Shown: positions 47,706 to 58,280 of the stretch, piece after piece
Layout: every line of letters starts with the position of its first letter
How positions within the stretch are numbered: the stretch's first letter is position 1
DNA from: a virus
Lineage: Duplodnaviria; Caudoviricetes
Length of the DNA: 64,000 nt
Reading direction: 5' to 3' (one strand)
IMG/VR virus record: IMGVR_UViG_2634166419_000001
Coordinates: 9,824 to 73,823 of that record
Made by a program: the position numbers and the translations under genes
The notes under the pieces: model-generated
Told to the model about the DNA's origin: nothing
The model's database searches: none
Seen by the model: the letters and a program-made list of their open reading frames with translations, nothing else

Positions 47706-48131
47706 ATGGATATTATGGCAGCAATCGGTAAAGCCTTAAAGCAGGCTGTACCGGACATCAAAAAAATTTATCGCGAAAAAACCGAGCAAGGCTTTGTCGG
47801 CCATAGCTTTTATGTGTATCCCATCTTTGAGCGAGCAGCTGCTGAGATTAGTAACTATGAAATGCGCCGACTATCGTATTGTGTCGTGTATTTTCCTGAT
47901 GAGAGCAAACGTAATGTAAATGAGCAGCTAGACACTATGCGCGCGCAGCTAATGGCGAGCTTTACGCATCTACCTGAGGTCAATCTAAGACTTTTGGAGC
48001 GCGAGGCGACACCAGTAGATGGCGCGTTAAATTTTACCTTTAGTGTACGCTATCGAGGCCTTTATACGCAGGATGAGACCTCGATGGCAACCTTAACACA
48101 GAAAGGAGGAGTTGCAGAAAATGGCAACTAA
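47706..48131 (+). CDS. Tail terminator protein
   Basis: IYREKTEQGF; position. Confidence 0.7.
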   Translation: MDIMAAIGKALKQAVPDIKKIYREKTEQGFVGHSFYVYPIFERAAAEISNYEMRRLSYCVVYFPDESKRNVNEQLDTMRAQLMASFTHLPEVNLRLLEREATPVDGALNFTFSVRYRGLYTQDETSMATLTQKGGVAENGN

Positions 48132-48312
48132 AAAAAAGAGCGAGGCAAAATCCGAGCCTACTTACAGCAAGTTAGAGATTTTGCAAGCGACAGACGCCTT
48201 TACGCGCATCGAACGAGATTTTTTATCTGTCTACCTATCAGACGGAGAGGTCTACTCGATTACCGACGCGCGCGAGGTACTAAATAAAAAATTAAAGGAG
48301 GCTATTAAATAA
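48121..48312 (+). CDS. Small phage tail protein
   Basis: AGGAGGAG RBS; precedes the sheath gene. Confidence 0.6.
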   Translation: MATKKKSEAKSEPTYSKLEILQATDAFTRIERDFLSVYLSDGEVYSITDAREVLNKKLKEAIK

Positions 48313-49616
48313 TGGCTGGAGGTATTTGGACAGCGCAGGACAAGGTACGTCCAGGCGCTTATATCAATGTACAAGGCAATGGTAAGGTCGGCACTAGCTC
48401 TGCAGTTAGCGGCATCATGACCATCCCATTACCTTTAAAATTTGGACCAGTTGGCAAGGTCCTAGAGTTAGATGCAACAAGTGATTTAACAATTTTAGGT
48501 AACACGTTGAGCGATCCTGAGTTACTGTTAATACGTGAGGCATTTAAACGCGCAAGCAAAGTCTTGCTTTACCGTGTAGGTGGTGGGACAAAAGCGACTA
48601 AGACAGAGGGCACTTTAACTGTTACTGCACAATATCCAGGCACACGCGGAAATGCTATCTCAGTGGTGGTTACTGCTAATGTTAACCCCGAGTCGACTTT
48701 TAATGTGGTGACTTACCTTGACGGAGTAGCAGTAGACACGCAAACAGTCAAGAAAGTGGAAGAGTTACAAGCTAATAAGTTGGTTACGTTTAGCGGTACT
48801 GGAGCAGCCGCTAAAGCAACCATCGCTTTAGAGGGCGGTACCGATACGGAAGCGCAAGCCAACGATTACGCGAAATATTTTGAAGCTATCCAAGTGTACG
48901 AATTTAACACGATGGCGCTACCTATCTCTGATGATGGAATTAAGGCAACCGCAGCAGCCTTTATCAAACGATTACGTGATGAAGAGGGCTACAAAGTGCA
49001 GTTAGTGGTGGCTAACCATGATGCTAACCACGAGGCAGTGATTAACGTATCTAATGGGGTTGTTTTAGCAGACGGAACCAAGTTGACAGCGGAACAGTGT
49101 ACTGCTTGGGTGGCTGGAGCAACTGCAAGTGCTGGTGTGGCTGGAAGTTTAACGTATGCCACTTACGACGGTGCAGTTGACGCGAACCCTCGCATGATTA
49201 ATAGCGACATTATTGACGCGTTAAAAGCTGGTAAGTTTATTTTTACCGAAAAACGCGGAACCGCAGTCGTCGAACAAGACATTAACAGCTTGCATACCTT
49301 TACCAAAGAAAAAGGTAAGGACTTTAGTAAGAACCGTGTCTTACGTGTATTAGACGACATCGCGAACAGCTCTAAAAAGACCTTTGAAGATAATTACATC
49401 GGCAAGGTTAACAATAACACAGACGGTCGTGAGTTATTTAAAGCAGACCGCATCGGCTACTTTGATCGTTTAATGGGTATGGGCGCAATCGAAAACTTTG
49501 TGCCGGATGACATTACCATCGCGCAAGGCGATAGCAAAGACAGCGTATTGCTAGATGTTAAAGTCCAACCAGTAGACGCAATGGAAAAATTATACATGAC
49601 GGTAGTCGTCGAGTAA
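48312..49616 (+). CDS. Tail sheath protein (XkdK-like)
   Basis: MAGGIWTAQDKVRPGAYIN...KNRVLRVLD...PVDAMEKLY. Confidence 0.93.
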   Translation: MAGGIWTAQDKVRPGAYINVQGNGKVGTSSAVSGIMTIPLPLKFGPVGKVLELDATSDLTILGNTLSDPELLLIREAFKRASKVLLYRVGGGTKATKTEGTLTVTAQYPGTRGNAISVVVTANVNPESTFNVVTYLDGVAVDTQTVKKVEELQANKLVTFSGTGAAAKATIALEGGTDTEAQANDYAKYFEAIQVYEFNTMALPISDDGIKATAAAFIKRLRDEEGYKVQLVVANHDANHEAVINVSNGVVLADGTKLTAEQCTAWVAGATASAGVAGSLTYATYDGAVDANPRMINSDIIDALKAGKFIFTEKRGTAVVEQDINSLHTFTKEKGKDFSKNRVLRVLDDIANSSKKTFEDNYIGKVNNNTDGRELFKADRIGYFDRLMGMGAIENFVPDDITIAQGDSKDSVLLDVKVQPVDAMEKLYMTVVVE

Positions 49617-49631
49617 GGAGGTAAGTAAGAT

Positions 49632-50096
49632 ATGGGATTTTTAAATGCTAATGATGTGATCAACGGTCGTGAGGGCACTGCCTTTATTACGATTGACGGT
49701 AGAAACATTCCGATGTTTTTCCTCAAAAATATTGAGGCGACTGTTGAGTTAAATAAAGCTGAGGTACCTGTTTTAGGTACACGAATGGTCCAACAAAAAG
49801 TGACCAATGCCTCAGGTAGCGGCTCGATGACCATCCATAAAGTGACAAGTGAGTTTGCTAAAATCGGTGTTGATTACTTAAAATCAGGTCGTATCCCAGA
49901 CATCACGATTAAAGTCACTAATGATGACCCTCAATCGTCAGTCGGTCGTCAATCGACTTTATTAAAACACGTTATTTTAGATAGCGTGGTCATTGCTAAA
50001 TTAGATGTTGAATCCGATACTTTGGACGAGGATTGTGACTTTACATTTAACGACGCAGATTTATTGGAAACATTTGTAGAGCCTACCTTGTTATAA
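49632..50096 (+). CDS. Tail tube protein (XkdM-like)
   Basis: Follows the sheath gene; NDDPQSSVGRQ. Confidence 0.9.
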   Translation: MGFLNANDVINGREGTAFITIDGRNIPMFFLKNIEATVELNKAEVPVLGTRMVQQKVTNASGSGSMTIHKVTSEFAKIGVDYLKSGRIPDITIKVTNDDPQSSVGRQSTLLKHVILDSVVIAKLDVESDTLDEDCDFTFNDADLLETFVEPTLL

Positions 50097-50171
50097 TCGT
50101 ATGGCTCTTTTTTGTGCAGCAGGAGTGCACTGCTGCTGCACACGTTTTTAATTTAAGGAGGACTAAAAACA

Positions 50172-50576
50172 ATGGCAGGAATTATTGATATTAAATCTTT
50201 TTTGGTTAAACCCGTAGCAGAGCGTCGTGAGATTAAGTTTGACCGCTTTGACGCCCCTTTTATCATTGAGAGCATTACGGAGCATGAAAATGCACGCTTA
50301 CGTAAGATCAGCACTACACAAAAGCGCAATCGCCAAGGGCAGACAGAAAAGTCTTTAAATACAGACTTGTATGTAGCTAACTTAATGGCACGCAGCGTGG
50401 TACAGCCTGATTTAAACAATGCTGAACTGCAAAGCTTTTTTGCTACCGAGGGCTCAGCAAGTGATACTTTGAGCGCTATGTTACTACCAGGTGAGTATGC
50501 TAACTTGCAAGAAGCTGTGCTAGAGCTTAACCACTTTGATGACGAGTTAGAGGTTAAAGAACAAGTAAAAAAATAA
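50172..50576 (+). CDS. Tail assembly chaperone (XkdN-like)
   Basis: PDLNNAELQ...LLPGEY; ends in A AAA AAA TAA. Confidence 0.85.
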   Translation: MAGIIDIKSFLVKPVAERREIKFDRFDAPFIIESITEHENARLRKISTTQKRNRQGQTEKSLNTDLYVANLMARSVVQPDLNNAELQSFFATEGSASDTLSAMLLPGEYANLQEAVLELNHFDDELEVKEQVKK

Positions 50577-50764
50577 TGCAGGATGAGGGGAGTGGCGACT
50601 TTTGGTATGCGTATCATGCTTATCACAATAACAATATGTTACCCTCTCAATATGCACGCCTCAGTACAAAAGAAAGAGGTATGATCATGGCCTTTATCGA
50701 CTTAAAAATTGAGGCGGAGGAAAAGGAATATAAGAAAATGAAATCTCAATCTAAAAGGAGGTAA
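50576..50764 (+). CDS. Tail assembly chaperone, -1 frame part
   Basis: -1 frame directly after the A7 run at 50567-50573. Confidence 0.7.
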   Translation: MQDEGSGDFWYAYHAYHNNNMLPSQYARLSTKERGMIMAFIDLKIEAEEKEYKKMKSQSKRR

Positions 50765-50769
50765 GGCCA

Positions 50770-53700
50770 ATGGCTAAGACATTAACAGCGACCCTTGCTT
50801 TGCGTGATAAGTTTACTAAGACTTTAAGTAAGATTGACTCAAGTCTTGCAGCAACTGTTCAACGTATGGAGGAGTTAAAGCAAAAGGCAACAGGACCTGC
50901 ACAAGCCTTTAATACCTTAGCAAACAAAGCACAGAGCGCCATGAGTCGCCTGAGTAATGGTATTAAATCAGGCATGAGTGCAGCAAGCAACGTAGTCAAG
51001 TCGGGCGCGAGTCGCATTATTAGCTTATTTGGCAACTTTGGTAACCGTATTTCCAGCGCATTAAAATTAGACAGCGCTAAGAGTGCATTTAGCAATACAT
51101 TTAACACATTTACAAGTACTGCCAAACGCGTCATGAGTAATGTCGTATCTAGCGTACAGACAGGCATGGCTAAAGTTGGGATGGCGATTAAAGCTAGCGC
51201 ACCTTACTTTAAACAGTTTGGCCAAGACTTTAAAAAAGGATTTGTCCAATCAGGTCAAGTGGCTGTGGGATTTGGCGACAAGTTGCTAAACGTGACTAAG
51301 GTTGCAGCTCTAGGTGGTGCGGCCGCAGTCGTTGGATTAGGTAAAAAGGTCTATGATGTGGCCGGTGGCTTTGACCAACAAATGGCCAGAGTTAACGCGA
51401 TTACTGATGAGGTTGGCGTGTCATACGCTGACTTACGTAAAAAGGCAATCGACTTAGGGGCACAGACAGCCTTTAGTGCGAAAGAGGCAGCCGCTGGTAT
51501 GGAAAACATGGCATCTGCTGGTTTCAATACCAAAGAGATTTACGACTCGATGCAAGGGGTGCTTGCGTTGGCCGCCGTATCAGGTGGAGACGTGGCCCTT
51601 GCAGCAGAAAACAGTGCATCGGCTTTACGTGGCTTTGGATTAGAGGCAAGTCAAGCTGGTCACGTTGCGGATGTGTTTGCGCAAGCTGCAGCCAAGACGA
51701 ACGCGGAAGTAGCTGACATAGGCGAGGCTATGAAATATATCTCGCCGGTGGCACATTCCATGGGCATCTCACTTGAAGAAACAGCCGCCGCGGTTGGTAT
51801 CTTATCAGACAGTGGGATTAAAGGTTCCCAGGCCGGTACCTCTCTACGTGGGGCGCTCTCTCGTCTGGCTAAACCCACAGACGCAATGCGCGAAACTATG
51901 GACGCGTTGGGGTTGTCTTTTTACGACTCAAATGGAAACATGAAATCTTTAGCAGACCAAGTCGGTATGTTAAAAACAGCCTTTAAGGGCTTAACGCCTG
52001 AGCAACAACAAAATGCCTTAGTAACCTTGTACGGCCAAGAGTCATTATCAGGTATGTTAGCCTTAATCAGTGCAGGGCCTGAAAAATTGCGAGAATTGAC
52101 TAAGTCCTTTGAGCAATCAGGTGGGGCTGCAGATAAGATGGCTCAACAGATGCAGAATAACCTACCATCTAAGATTGAGCAGATGTTTGGTGCGCTCGAA
52201 TCTGTGGCTATCCGTATTGGTGACAAGCTGTTTCCAATTATCGCGCCACAAATTGAGAAGTTAACCGACTGGATTGACAAGACTTTTAGTGAGGTCAATA
52301 TTGATAAGTTTATCGACAATCTAGGCAAGTATGGCCAAGTGCTTGTAAGTACTTTTAACGATGTTAAAGGTCCAGTATCAGAGGCTTTTGGCGCAGTCAT
52401 GGACAGCCTAGACAAGCTTAACGGTAAGTTTGGCAGCGCTAAAAGTGTGGATAGATTTAAACAGACGATGGAGTCTGTAGGCGACGCAATTAAAGGCGTG
52501 GCCAAGTTTGCAGAAAATCATAGCGATGCCATTGCTAAAATCATCGACATGCTACCTAAACTGGTGGTCGGTTTTGCAGCCTTTAAAATTGGTAAAGGCG
52601 TGCTCAGTCCATTACTTAAATTTGGTGGGGGTCTAGCCTCAATGGCCAAAGCATCGGGTACACTAGTTAAAAATCTTGCCAAGCTTAAAAAGCCTAAAGT
52701 ACCTAGTGTACCAAGTACGCCGAGTGCGCCTACACCAAGCACACCAACCGTACCAACAGCGCCGGACACGACTGCGGTCGATACCGCGGCTAACAGTGCA
52801 CAGAGCGCGGCTGGTAAGTGGGTGCAATATGGCAAGGCACTATTTCTTGTGGGTGCTGGCGTGGCTTTAGTAGGTGCAGGATTTTGGCTTATGGCGGATG
52901 CTGCGACTAATCTAGCCAGTGCAGGTGGGGCTGCCATTGCTACATTCTTCGGCATGGTGGTAGCTATCGGAGCACTTCTCGCGGTCGTCGCTTATCTCGG
53001 ACCACAGCTCTCAGCAGGTGCAGTAGGCATGTTGGCCTTTGGTGCAATGACTGTTCTAGTGGCTGCAGGTATGTGGCTTGCCTCAACCGCAGCGATACAG
53101 TTAGCCAGTGCAGGTGGTGTCGCAATTGCAGTGTTCTTTGGTATGTTCGTGGCAGTGGGCTTGCTTGCTGCAGTGTTTGCCGCTTTAGGTCCAGCCTTAA
53201 CAGCTGGCGCTATTGGTATGCTAGCCTTTGGCGCGGCTATGGTGTTAGTAGGGCTCGCCCTTGCGATTGCTACACCGGCGCTGGAAGTATTACCGCCCGT
53301 TATTGAGGCACTCGGCACAGCCTTTGCTACTGCAGCAGAGGGCGTTGGTAACGCGGTCAACACGATTTTAGATGGCGTGTCTCAAGTAATCGACTCGATT
53401 GGTAATGGCTTGCGAAACGTATTAGACGGAGTGGCTGGTGTGTTTGACAGTATTGGTAATGCTGCTTTAAACGCTGGGAAAGGATTAAAAGCAGCCGCCT
53501 CTGGTCTTAAGACGATTGCAGGTATAGGCGCTTGGGGCTTAGCTAAGGCCTTGGGAGCATTGACCGCAGGGTTAGGTTCGTTAACCGCTCACAGTGGCGC
53601 GTTACAAGAGCTGGGCAGCGGCATGCAGACACTTGCTGCTGCGACAATGATGCTTGGTGCAGGTGTGGCGGTGTTTAGCGCCCTATCTAGTGCAATTATT

Positions 53701-54783
53701 AGTGTAGGTAGCGCTATGCAAGTCATGTCAGGCAACTTTACGACTTTTACAAGTCAATTGACTAATCTAGGCGCTAACATCATGGTGGCTGTTCCGCCGT
53801 TTATGGTGTTGGCAAACGCAAGCACGCAATTAAGCGCGACCTTATTAGCTAGCATGGCTGGTATCACGATTTTTGCGAGTGCTTTAACTGTGTTAGTCGG
53901 TATGGCGAGCGTGGCAGGTGCGGCCGTAATGATGCTAGCTAGTGGCATCGCCTCAATCGGTGGCGCAATTGGCGCTTATACAGGCGCAATCATGACCGCT
54001 GTTGCTATAACAATGTTGTTAGGTGCAACCGCTCAAATGGTGGCCGCCTTAGTTGTGGCAAGCTTTACCTCTAGTATGGCACAAGCGAGTGCTGCGGTTA
54101 CAAGTGGCATGTCGCAGATGACGGCTGCAGTTACCGCTGGTATGGCCATCGCTTTAAGTATCGTTACCGCTGGTATGGCACAGATGACTGCCGCCTTTAG
54201 TGCGGGTATGGCCGCTGCTTTAAGTATCGTTACTGCAGGCAGTGCGTCAATCGTCTCTGCGTTTAGTGGTTTAGCAGGTCAGTTGAGAGCGGCTGGCTCA
54301 TACGCTATGGCAGGTCTGACTGCAGGACTTGCCAGTGGTGCAGGTGGTGCTATCGCGCAAGCGCGATCCATCGCCAATCAGATTGCCTCTACTATTCAAG
54401 GGGCACTTAAAATTCACTCACCGTCAAGGGTTATGATGGAAATCGGGGACTTTGTCGGCCAAGGCTTGGCGAAAGGTATCGAGGGCACCAAACGCATGGT
54501 GCAGTTATCAAGTAGCAAGCTAGCCGATCAAGTTAAACCTAAACCTTTAGGCGGTGAGGGCCCAGACTTTGACCCAGGCGAAATGGGATACACGATGACG
54601 CTTGATGATCGTAACAAGATGCAGGCTAGCGGCACGCAAGCGGTGTATGTAAATCAAAAACAAGTCACGCCTCAGGTAACGTTGAACGTAACAAACAATA
54701 ACGGCGAGCCGGTCGATACAGATGCGCTCGTTGCTAAAGTTGAGGACGCAATCATCGCTGCGGCTGAGTCAGATTTAAGTTAG
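50770..54783 (+). CDS. Tape measure protein (TP901-family core)
   Basis: TAFSAKEAA...GIKGSQAGTSLR...IHSPSRV. Confidence 0.93.
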   Translation: MAKTLTATLALRDKFTKTLSKIDSSLAATVQRMEELKQKATGPAQAFNTLANKAQSAMSRLSNGIKSGMSAASNVVKSGASRIISLFGNFGNRISSALKLDSAKSAFSNTFNTFTSTAKRVMSNVVSSVQTGMAKVGMAIKASAPYFKQFGQDFKKGFVQSGQVAVGFGDKLLNVTKVAALGGAAAVVGLGKKVYDVAGGFDQQMARVNAITDEVGVSYADLRKKAIDLGAQTAFSAKEAAAGMENMASAGFNTKEIYDSMQGVLALAAVSGGDVALAAENSASALRGFGLEASQAGHVADVFAQAAAKTNAEVADIGEAMKYISPVAHSMGISLEETAAAVGILSDSGIKGSQAGTSLRGALSRLAKPTDAMRETMDALGLSFYDSNGNMKSLADQVGMLKTAFKGLTPEQQQNALVTLYGQESLSGMLALISAGPEKLRELTKSFEQSGGAADKMAQQMQNNLPSKIEQMFGALESVAIRIGDKLFPIIAPQIEKLTDWIDKTFSEVNIDKFIDNLGKYGQVLVSTFNDVKGPVSEAFGAVMDSLDKLNGKFGSAKSVDRFKQTMESVGDAIKGVAKFAENHSDAIAKIIDMLPKLVVGFAAFKIGKGVLSPLLKFGGGLASMAKASGTLVKNLAKLKKPKVPSVPSTPSAPTPSTPTVPTAPDTTAVDTAANSAQSAAGKWVQYGKALFLVGAGVALVGAGFWLMADAATNLASAGGAAIATFFGMVVAIGALLAVVAYLGPQLSAGAVGMLAFGAMTVLVAAGMWLASTAAIQLASAGGVAIAVFFGMFVAVGLLAAVFAALGPALTAGAIGMLAFGAAMVLVGLALAIATPALEVLPPVIEALGTAFATAAEGVGNAVNTILDGVSQVIDSIGNGLRNVLDGVAGVFDSIGNAALNAGKGLKAAASGLKTIAGIGAWGLAKALGALTAGLGSLTAHSGALQELGSGMQTLAAATMMLGAGVAVFSALSSAIISVGSAMQVMSGNFTTFTSQLTNLGANIMVAVPPFMVLANASTQLSATLLASMAGITIFASALTVLVGMASVAGAAVMMLASGIASIGGAIGAYTGAIMTAVAITMLLGATAQMVAALVVASFTSSMAQASAAVTSGMSQMTAAVTAGMAIALSIVTAGMAQMTAAFSAGMAAALSIVTAGSASIVSAFSGLAGQLRAAGSYAMAGLTAGLASGAGGAIAQARSIANQIASTIQGALKIHSPSRVMMEIGDFVGQGLAKGIEGTKRMVQLSSSKLADQVKPKPLGGEGPDFDPGEMGYTMTLDDRNKMQASGTQAVYVNQKQVTPQVTLNVTNNNGEPVDTDALVAKVEDAIIAAAESDLS

Positions 54784-54796
54784 GAGGTGGTGCGCT

Positions 54797-55492
54797 TTGG
54801 CTATACGCTTTTATCTCGAGATTGCTGGCAAGCGGTATGTTTTGCCAGTCAATCCTGAGTCAATCAAAATGGATATCCCGAGTAATAATCAATCTAACGA
54901 GGTCGTTAAACTCGGCGAGATTACCCAGCTCGCCGTTAACGGCCTTAAATCATTAAGCTTTGATAGCTTTTTTCCATCGCAACAAGGCAGTTACATCAAC
55001 GAGGACGGCGACACGACTGCGCCTCAAGAAATGGTCGACAAGATTGAGAAAGCCATGAACGATAAAAAGCCCGTGCGGATTATTGTGACGGGCACCTCGA
55101 TTAATATGTTGGCGTCAATTGACCAGTTTGAGTGGGAAATTAAGGACGCAACAAACGACTACTACTACTCGATTACATTAAAAGAGTATCGAGAGTACGG
55201 CGCAAAGTATCTTAAAAAAGTAGATCAACCTCAAGTTAAGCCAGTACCTAAACCGGCGCCACGGCCTGCGCCAACGCAAGTCATTACCGTCGGCTGCAGA
55301 GTGGTCGTTAATGGCCAACTCCATCGAGACAGCTATGGCAGTGGCCCAGGACAGACTGAGGTCAACGCAACAAGGATTGTTAACATTATCGTTGGCAATC
55401 CTCGACCCGGTCAAAATTATCCGTATCATGTCACGACCTTAAATGGTGGCTGGCGAGGCTGGGTAAGTAAAAGTGCGGTGAGACGTATATGA
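54797..55492 (+). CDS. Tube-initiator / XkdP-like protein
   Basis: LPVNPESI...YSITLKEYR. Confidence 0.75.
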   Translation: MAIRFYLEIAGKRYVLPVNPESIKMDIPSNNQSNEVVKLGEITQLAVNGLKSLSFDSFFPSQQGSYINEDGDTTAPQEMVDKIEKAMNDKKPVRIIVTGTSINMLASIDQFEWEIKDATNDYYYSITLKEYREYGAKYLKKVDQPQVKPVPKPAPRPAPTQVITVGCRVVVNGQLHRDSYGSGPGQTEVNATRIVNIIVGNPRPGQNYPYHVTTLNGGWRGWVSKSAVRRI

Positions 55493-56466
55493 GTATTACA
55501 GTTAAAGGGACCTCGATTACACATTGGACACAATTTGACTTGTCCGAGATTGTGAGCGAACCTGAGTGGTATACGAGCATCGAGGGCCAGCCTGGTAAGT
55601 TTACCTTTAAGATCTTAGACGACCCTAACGTGTTTTATCGTACGGGCGACATTATCGAGTTTAGTGATGGAGGTAAGACCTACTTTAAAGGCAAGATTTT
55701 CAAACGACAAAAAACTAAAGACGGTCTTTGGTCGATTACCGCGTATGACAATTTAAGGTACTTACAAAACGAGGACACAATGGTCTTTAACGCGACGACT
55801 GCTGCTGAGCGCTTTAAACAGATTTGTGAGACACAAGGCCTCCCTTACAAAATAGGGATGACCCCAGGTTATAAATGCGCGGCAGTGGTAGCCGATGGCA
55901 AGACCTACTTTACGATGCTGGACGAGGCTTTAGAGGAGACCAGGCGCTCCGCAAATAACAGCCGGTACACGGTATACGATGATGCCGGTACGTTAAAATT
56001 TGTGGCCTTGCAAGAGTTAAACACAGCGCTCTTGCTAGGGGACGCCTCCTTGATTACCGACTACGATTACGAGTCGAGCATTGACGAGGCATTTAACACG
56101 GTTAAGGTCATCCGAGAGGACGACAATACTAAAACGCGTCAAGTTTTTGTGGCCAGTGATAATCAAAACATCACTAGATGGGGGAAATTGCAAAAAGTGG
56201 AAAAAGCATCAGATGCCGATTTAAACGCGCAACAGCTACAGCAGATGGCTAATGACAAGTTAAAAGAGCTTAATGTGGTCGGTACCTCCTTTAAATTAGA
56301 TAGCGTTGGCCACATGGATATCCGCGCAGGCAGTAGCTTTAATCTATTGCTAAGCGATATGCAGCTAGAGTGGGGGCGCACACAAGTCGTAGTGCTTGTA
56401 AAATCATGTACGCATCGCTTTAGCCCCGTGCATACCATGAGTTTAGACGTGGAGGTGGTCCATTGA
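55489..56466 (+). CDS. Baseplate hub (XkdQ/YqbQ-like)
   Basis: TAYDNLRYLQNED...WGKLQ. Confidence 0.82.
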   Translation: MSITVKGTSITHWTQFDLSEIVSEPEWYTSIEGQPGKFTFKILDDPNVFYRTGDIIEFSDGGKTYFKGKIFKRQKTKDGLWSITAYDNLRYLQNEDTMVFNATTAAERFKQICETQGLPYKIGMTPGYKCAAVVADGKTYFTMLDEALEETRRSANNSRYTVYDDAGTLKFVALQELNTALLLGDASLITDYDYESSIDEAFNTVKVIREDDNTKTRQVFVASDNQNITRWGKLQKVEKASDADLNAQQLQQMANDKLKELNVVGTSFKLDSVGHMDIRAGSSFNLLLSDMQLEWGRTQVVVLVKSCTHRFSPVHTMSLDVEVVH

Positions 56467-56768
56467 TGGCCGGCGAAAAATTAGCAAAATTAATCAAACA
56501 ACAGCGAGTGAGTGCTGGCAGTTTGACTGATTTAATGTATGGCGTGGTCACAAGTACAGCGCCTTTAAAAATCAGAGTAGACAGCCGGTTTGAGGTAGGT
56601 GCAGCCCATCTTATCCTCTCTCAAATGGTTAAGCGTTACGAGGTTCCGGTCTATGTGGCTGGCTATACAGGCTCGGTTGTTGTGTTTAGAGATTTGGCCG
56701 TCGGAGACCGTGTTAAACTCCTGCGAGTATCAAACGGCCAAAAATTTTATGTGTTAGAAAGGGCGTGA
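56463..56768 (+). CDS. Baseplate spike (XkdR / DUF2577-like)
   Basis: GVVTSTAPLKI...LAVGDRV...GQKFYVL. Confidence 0.8.
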   Translation: MMAGEKLAKLIKQQRVSAGSLTDLMYGVVTSTAPLKIRVDSRFEVGAAHLILSQMVKRYEVPVYVAGYTGSVVVFRDLAVGDRVKLLRVSNGQKFYVLERA

Positions 56769-56772
56769 GGCA

Positions 56773-57147
56773 ATGGACGAGGAAACAGTTGATCTAGCGC
56801 TAGAGTCATCCAAGACGTATCGAGTGCTCAACGGTCGTGTCATTGGCTGGATTGACAATAAACAGGCGCTCAGGCAAGCGGTCGAAAAGCTGCTGCATAC
56901 AGAGCGCTATATGTATGAGATTTATACAGACGAGTACGGTATTGAATTGCAAGCGTTAATCGGCGAGAGCTTTGACCTGGTCGAGGCAGAAATCGGGCGC
57001 GTCATAAAAGAGGCGCTTTTAGCCGATGACCGTATTGTTAGCGTGGAAAATATCCAAGCGACCAAGCTAGACAGCACCTCACTTTTAATTACGTTTAGTG
57101 TAGCGTCCATTTTCGGCACGCTAGCTTTTGAGGAGGTGGTGGCATGA
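56773..57147 (+). CDS. Baseplate wedge (XkdS / DUF2634-like)
   Basis: TERYMYEIY...YGIE...DDRI. Confidence 0.82.
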   Translation: MDEETVDLALESSKTYRVLNGRVIGWIDNKQALRQAVEKLLHTERYMYEIYTDEYGIELQALIGESFDLVEAEIGRVIKEALLADDRIVSVENIQATKLDSTSLLITFSVASIFGTLAFEEVVA

Positions 57148-58280
57148 ACCCGGAGGAAATTGGTCAGTTTTTAGAGTCAAAAACTTACGATTATTATTTA
57201 GAGCAAGCGCTAGAGCAAGTACCAGCTGAGATTGACAAGCGTGAGGGCTCGATTATTTACGACGCATTGGCACCCGCTTGCTACCAGTTAGCGTTATTTA
57301 CGATGGATTTAAAAAATGTGTTGCTTAACGCGTTTGTGCAAACAGCCGTTGGTGGCTATTTAGATTTAAAAGCCGAGGAGCATGGCATCAAGCGCATCCC
57401 GGCCACGCAAGCCTACGTTAAAGGCGTGTTTACGGATAGCGCAGGGGCTCCTTATCAACTACTAAATGAGGGCGACCGATTTAGTAGTATCGGGGAGGAC
57501 CCTGTTTACTATGACGTGGTTAACCAAATCAGTGAGGGAAATTACACATTAAAATGTGAGGTAACCGGCTCGGTTGGTAATCAATATGTCGGACAGTTAT
57601 TGCCGATTGACCATTTTAATGGTCTCGGTGGTGGCAAGATTACTGAGGTGACTATCCCAGCACGAGATGAGGAGGACGACGAGTCACTCCGAGCGCGTAT
57701 CTTAAAAACCTATGAGGTCAACCAATACGGTGGTAATATTGAGGATTATATACGGTTTACCTCTCAACAAGAGGGCGTCGGTGTGGTGCAGGTTTACCCG
57801 GCTTGGAATGGTGGCGGAACGGTCAGAGTCGTGCTGTTAAATAGTGCTTTTGAGATACCTAACGGTACTTTAATCAATAAGGTGCAAGAGGCGTTGGACC
57901 CGCATAACGCGCAAAAAGGATATGGTGTTGCACCAATCGGTCATTTAGTAACCGTGGCTGCGCCAAGCAAGCGAACCATTGACATCAGCGTACACGTAGA
58001 CACGGAGGTCGGTACATCGTTAAGCACGGTGCAGCCATTGATTAAAGAGGCGATTGAGGCGCACTTTTTAGCGATACGCAAAAACTGGAGTAGCCACAAT
58101 GAGCTCTACCAATACAGTCAAACCGTGTATCGCTCGCAACTGATTGCCGCTATTTTAAAAGTGGCAGGTGTGGCCAACGTCAGCAACCTACGTTTAAGCG
58201 GTAAAGATGCGGATGTCGTCTTAACCTTTAATAACAGCTTACAAGAGTGTGCGTTTGTCGGGGCGGTGAGCTACACATGA
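57144..58280 (+). CDS. Baseplate J-like protein (XkdT)
   Basis: DKREGSIIYDALAP...GGNIEDY...WNGGGTV. Confidence 0.9.
   Translation: MNPEEIGQFLESKTYDYYLEQALEQVPAEIDKREGSIIYDALAPACYQLALFTMDLKNVLLNAFVQTAVGGYLDLKAEEHGIKRIPATQAYVKGVFTDSAGAPYQLLNEGDRFSSIGEDPVYYDVVNQISEGNYTLKCEVTGSVGNQYVGQLLPIDHFNGLGGGKITEVTIPARDEEDDESLRARILKTYEVNQYGGNIEDYIRFTSQQEGVGVVQVYPAWNGGGTVRVVLLNSAFEIPNGTLINKVQEALDPHNAQKGYGVAPIGHLVTVAAPSKRTIDISVHVDTEVGTSLSTVQPLIKEAIEAHFLAIRKNWSSHNELYQYSQTVYRSQLIAAILKVAGVANVSNLRLSGKDADVVLTFNNSLQECAFVGAVSYT

Noticed and set aside
52690-54250. Pro/Ser/Thr and Ala/Gly/Met repeats in the prophage 2 tape-measure gene
   Set aside because: Ordinary low-complexity and helical repeats of tape-measure proteins.
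42530-56438. Many overlapping and antisense ORFs in the six-frame track
   Set aside because: They are shadows of long structural genes, with no RBS or recognisable motifs.
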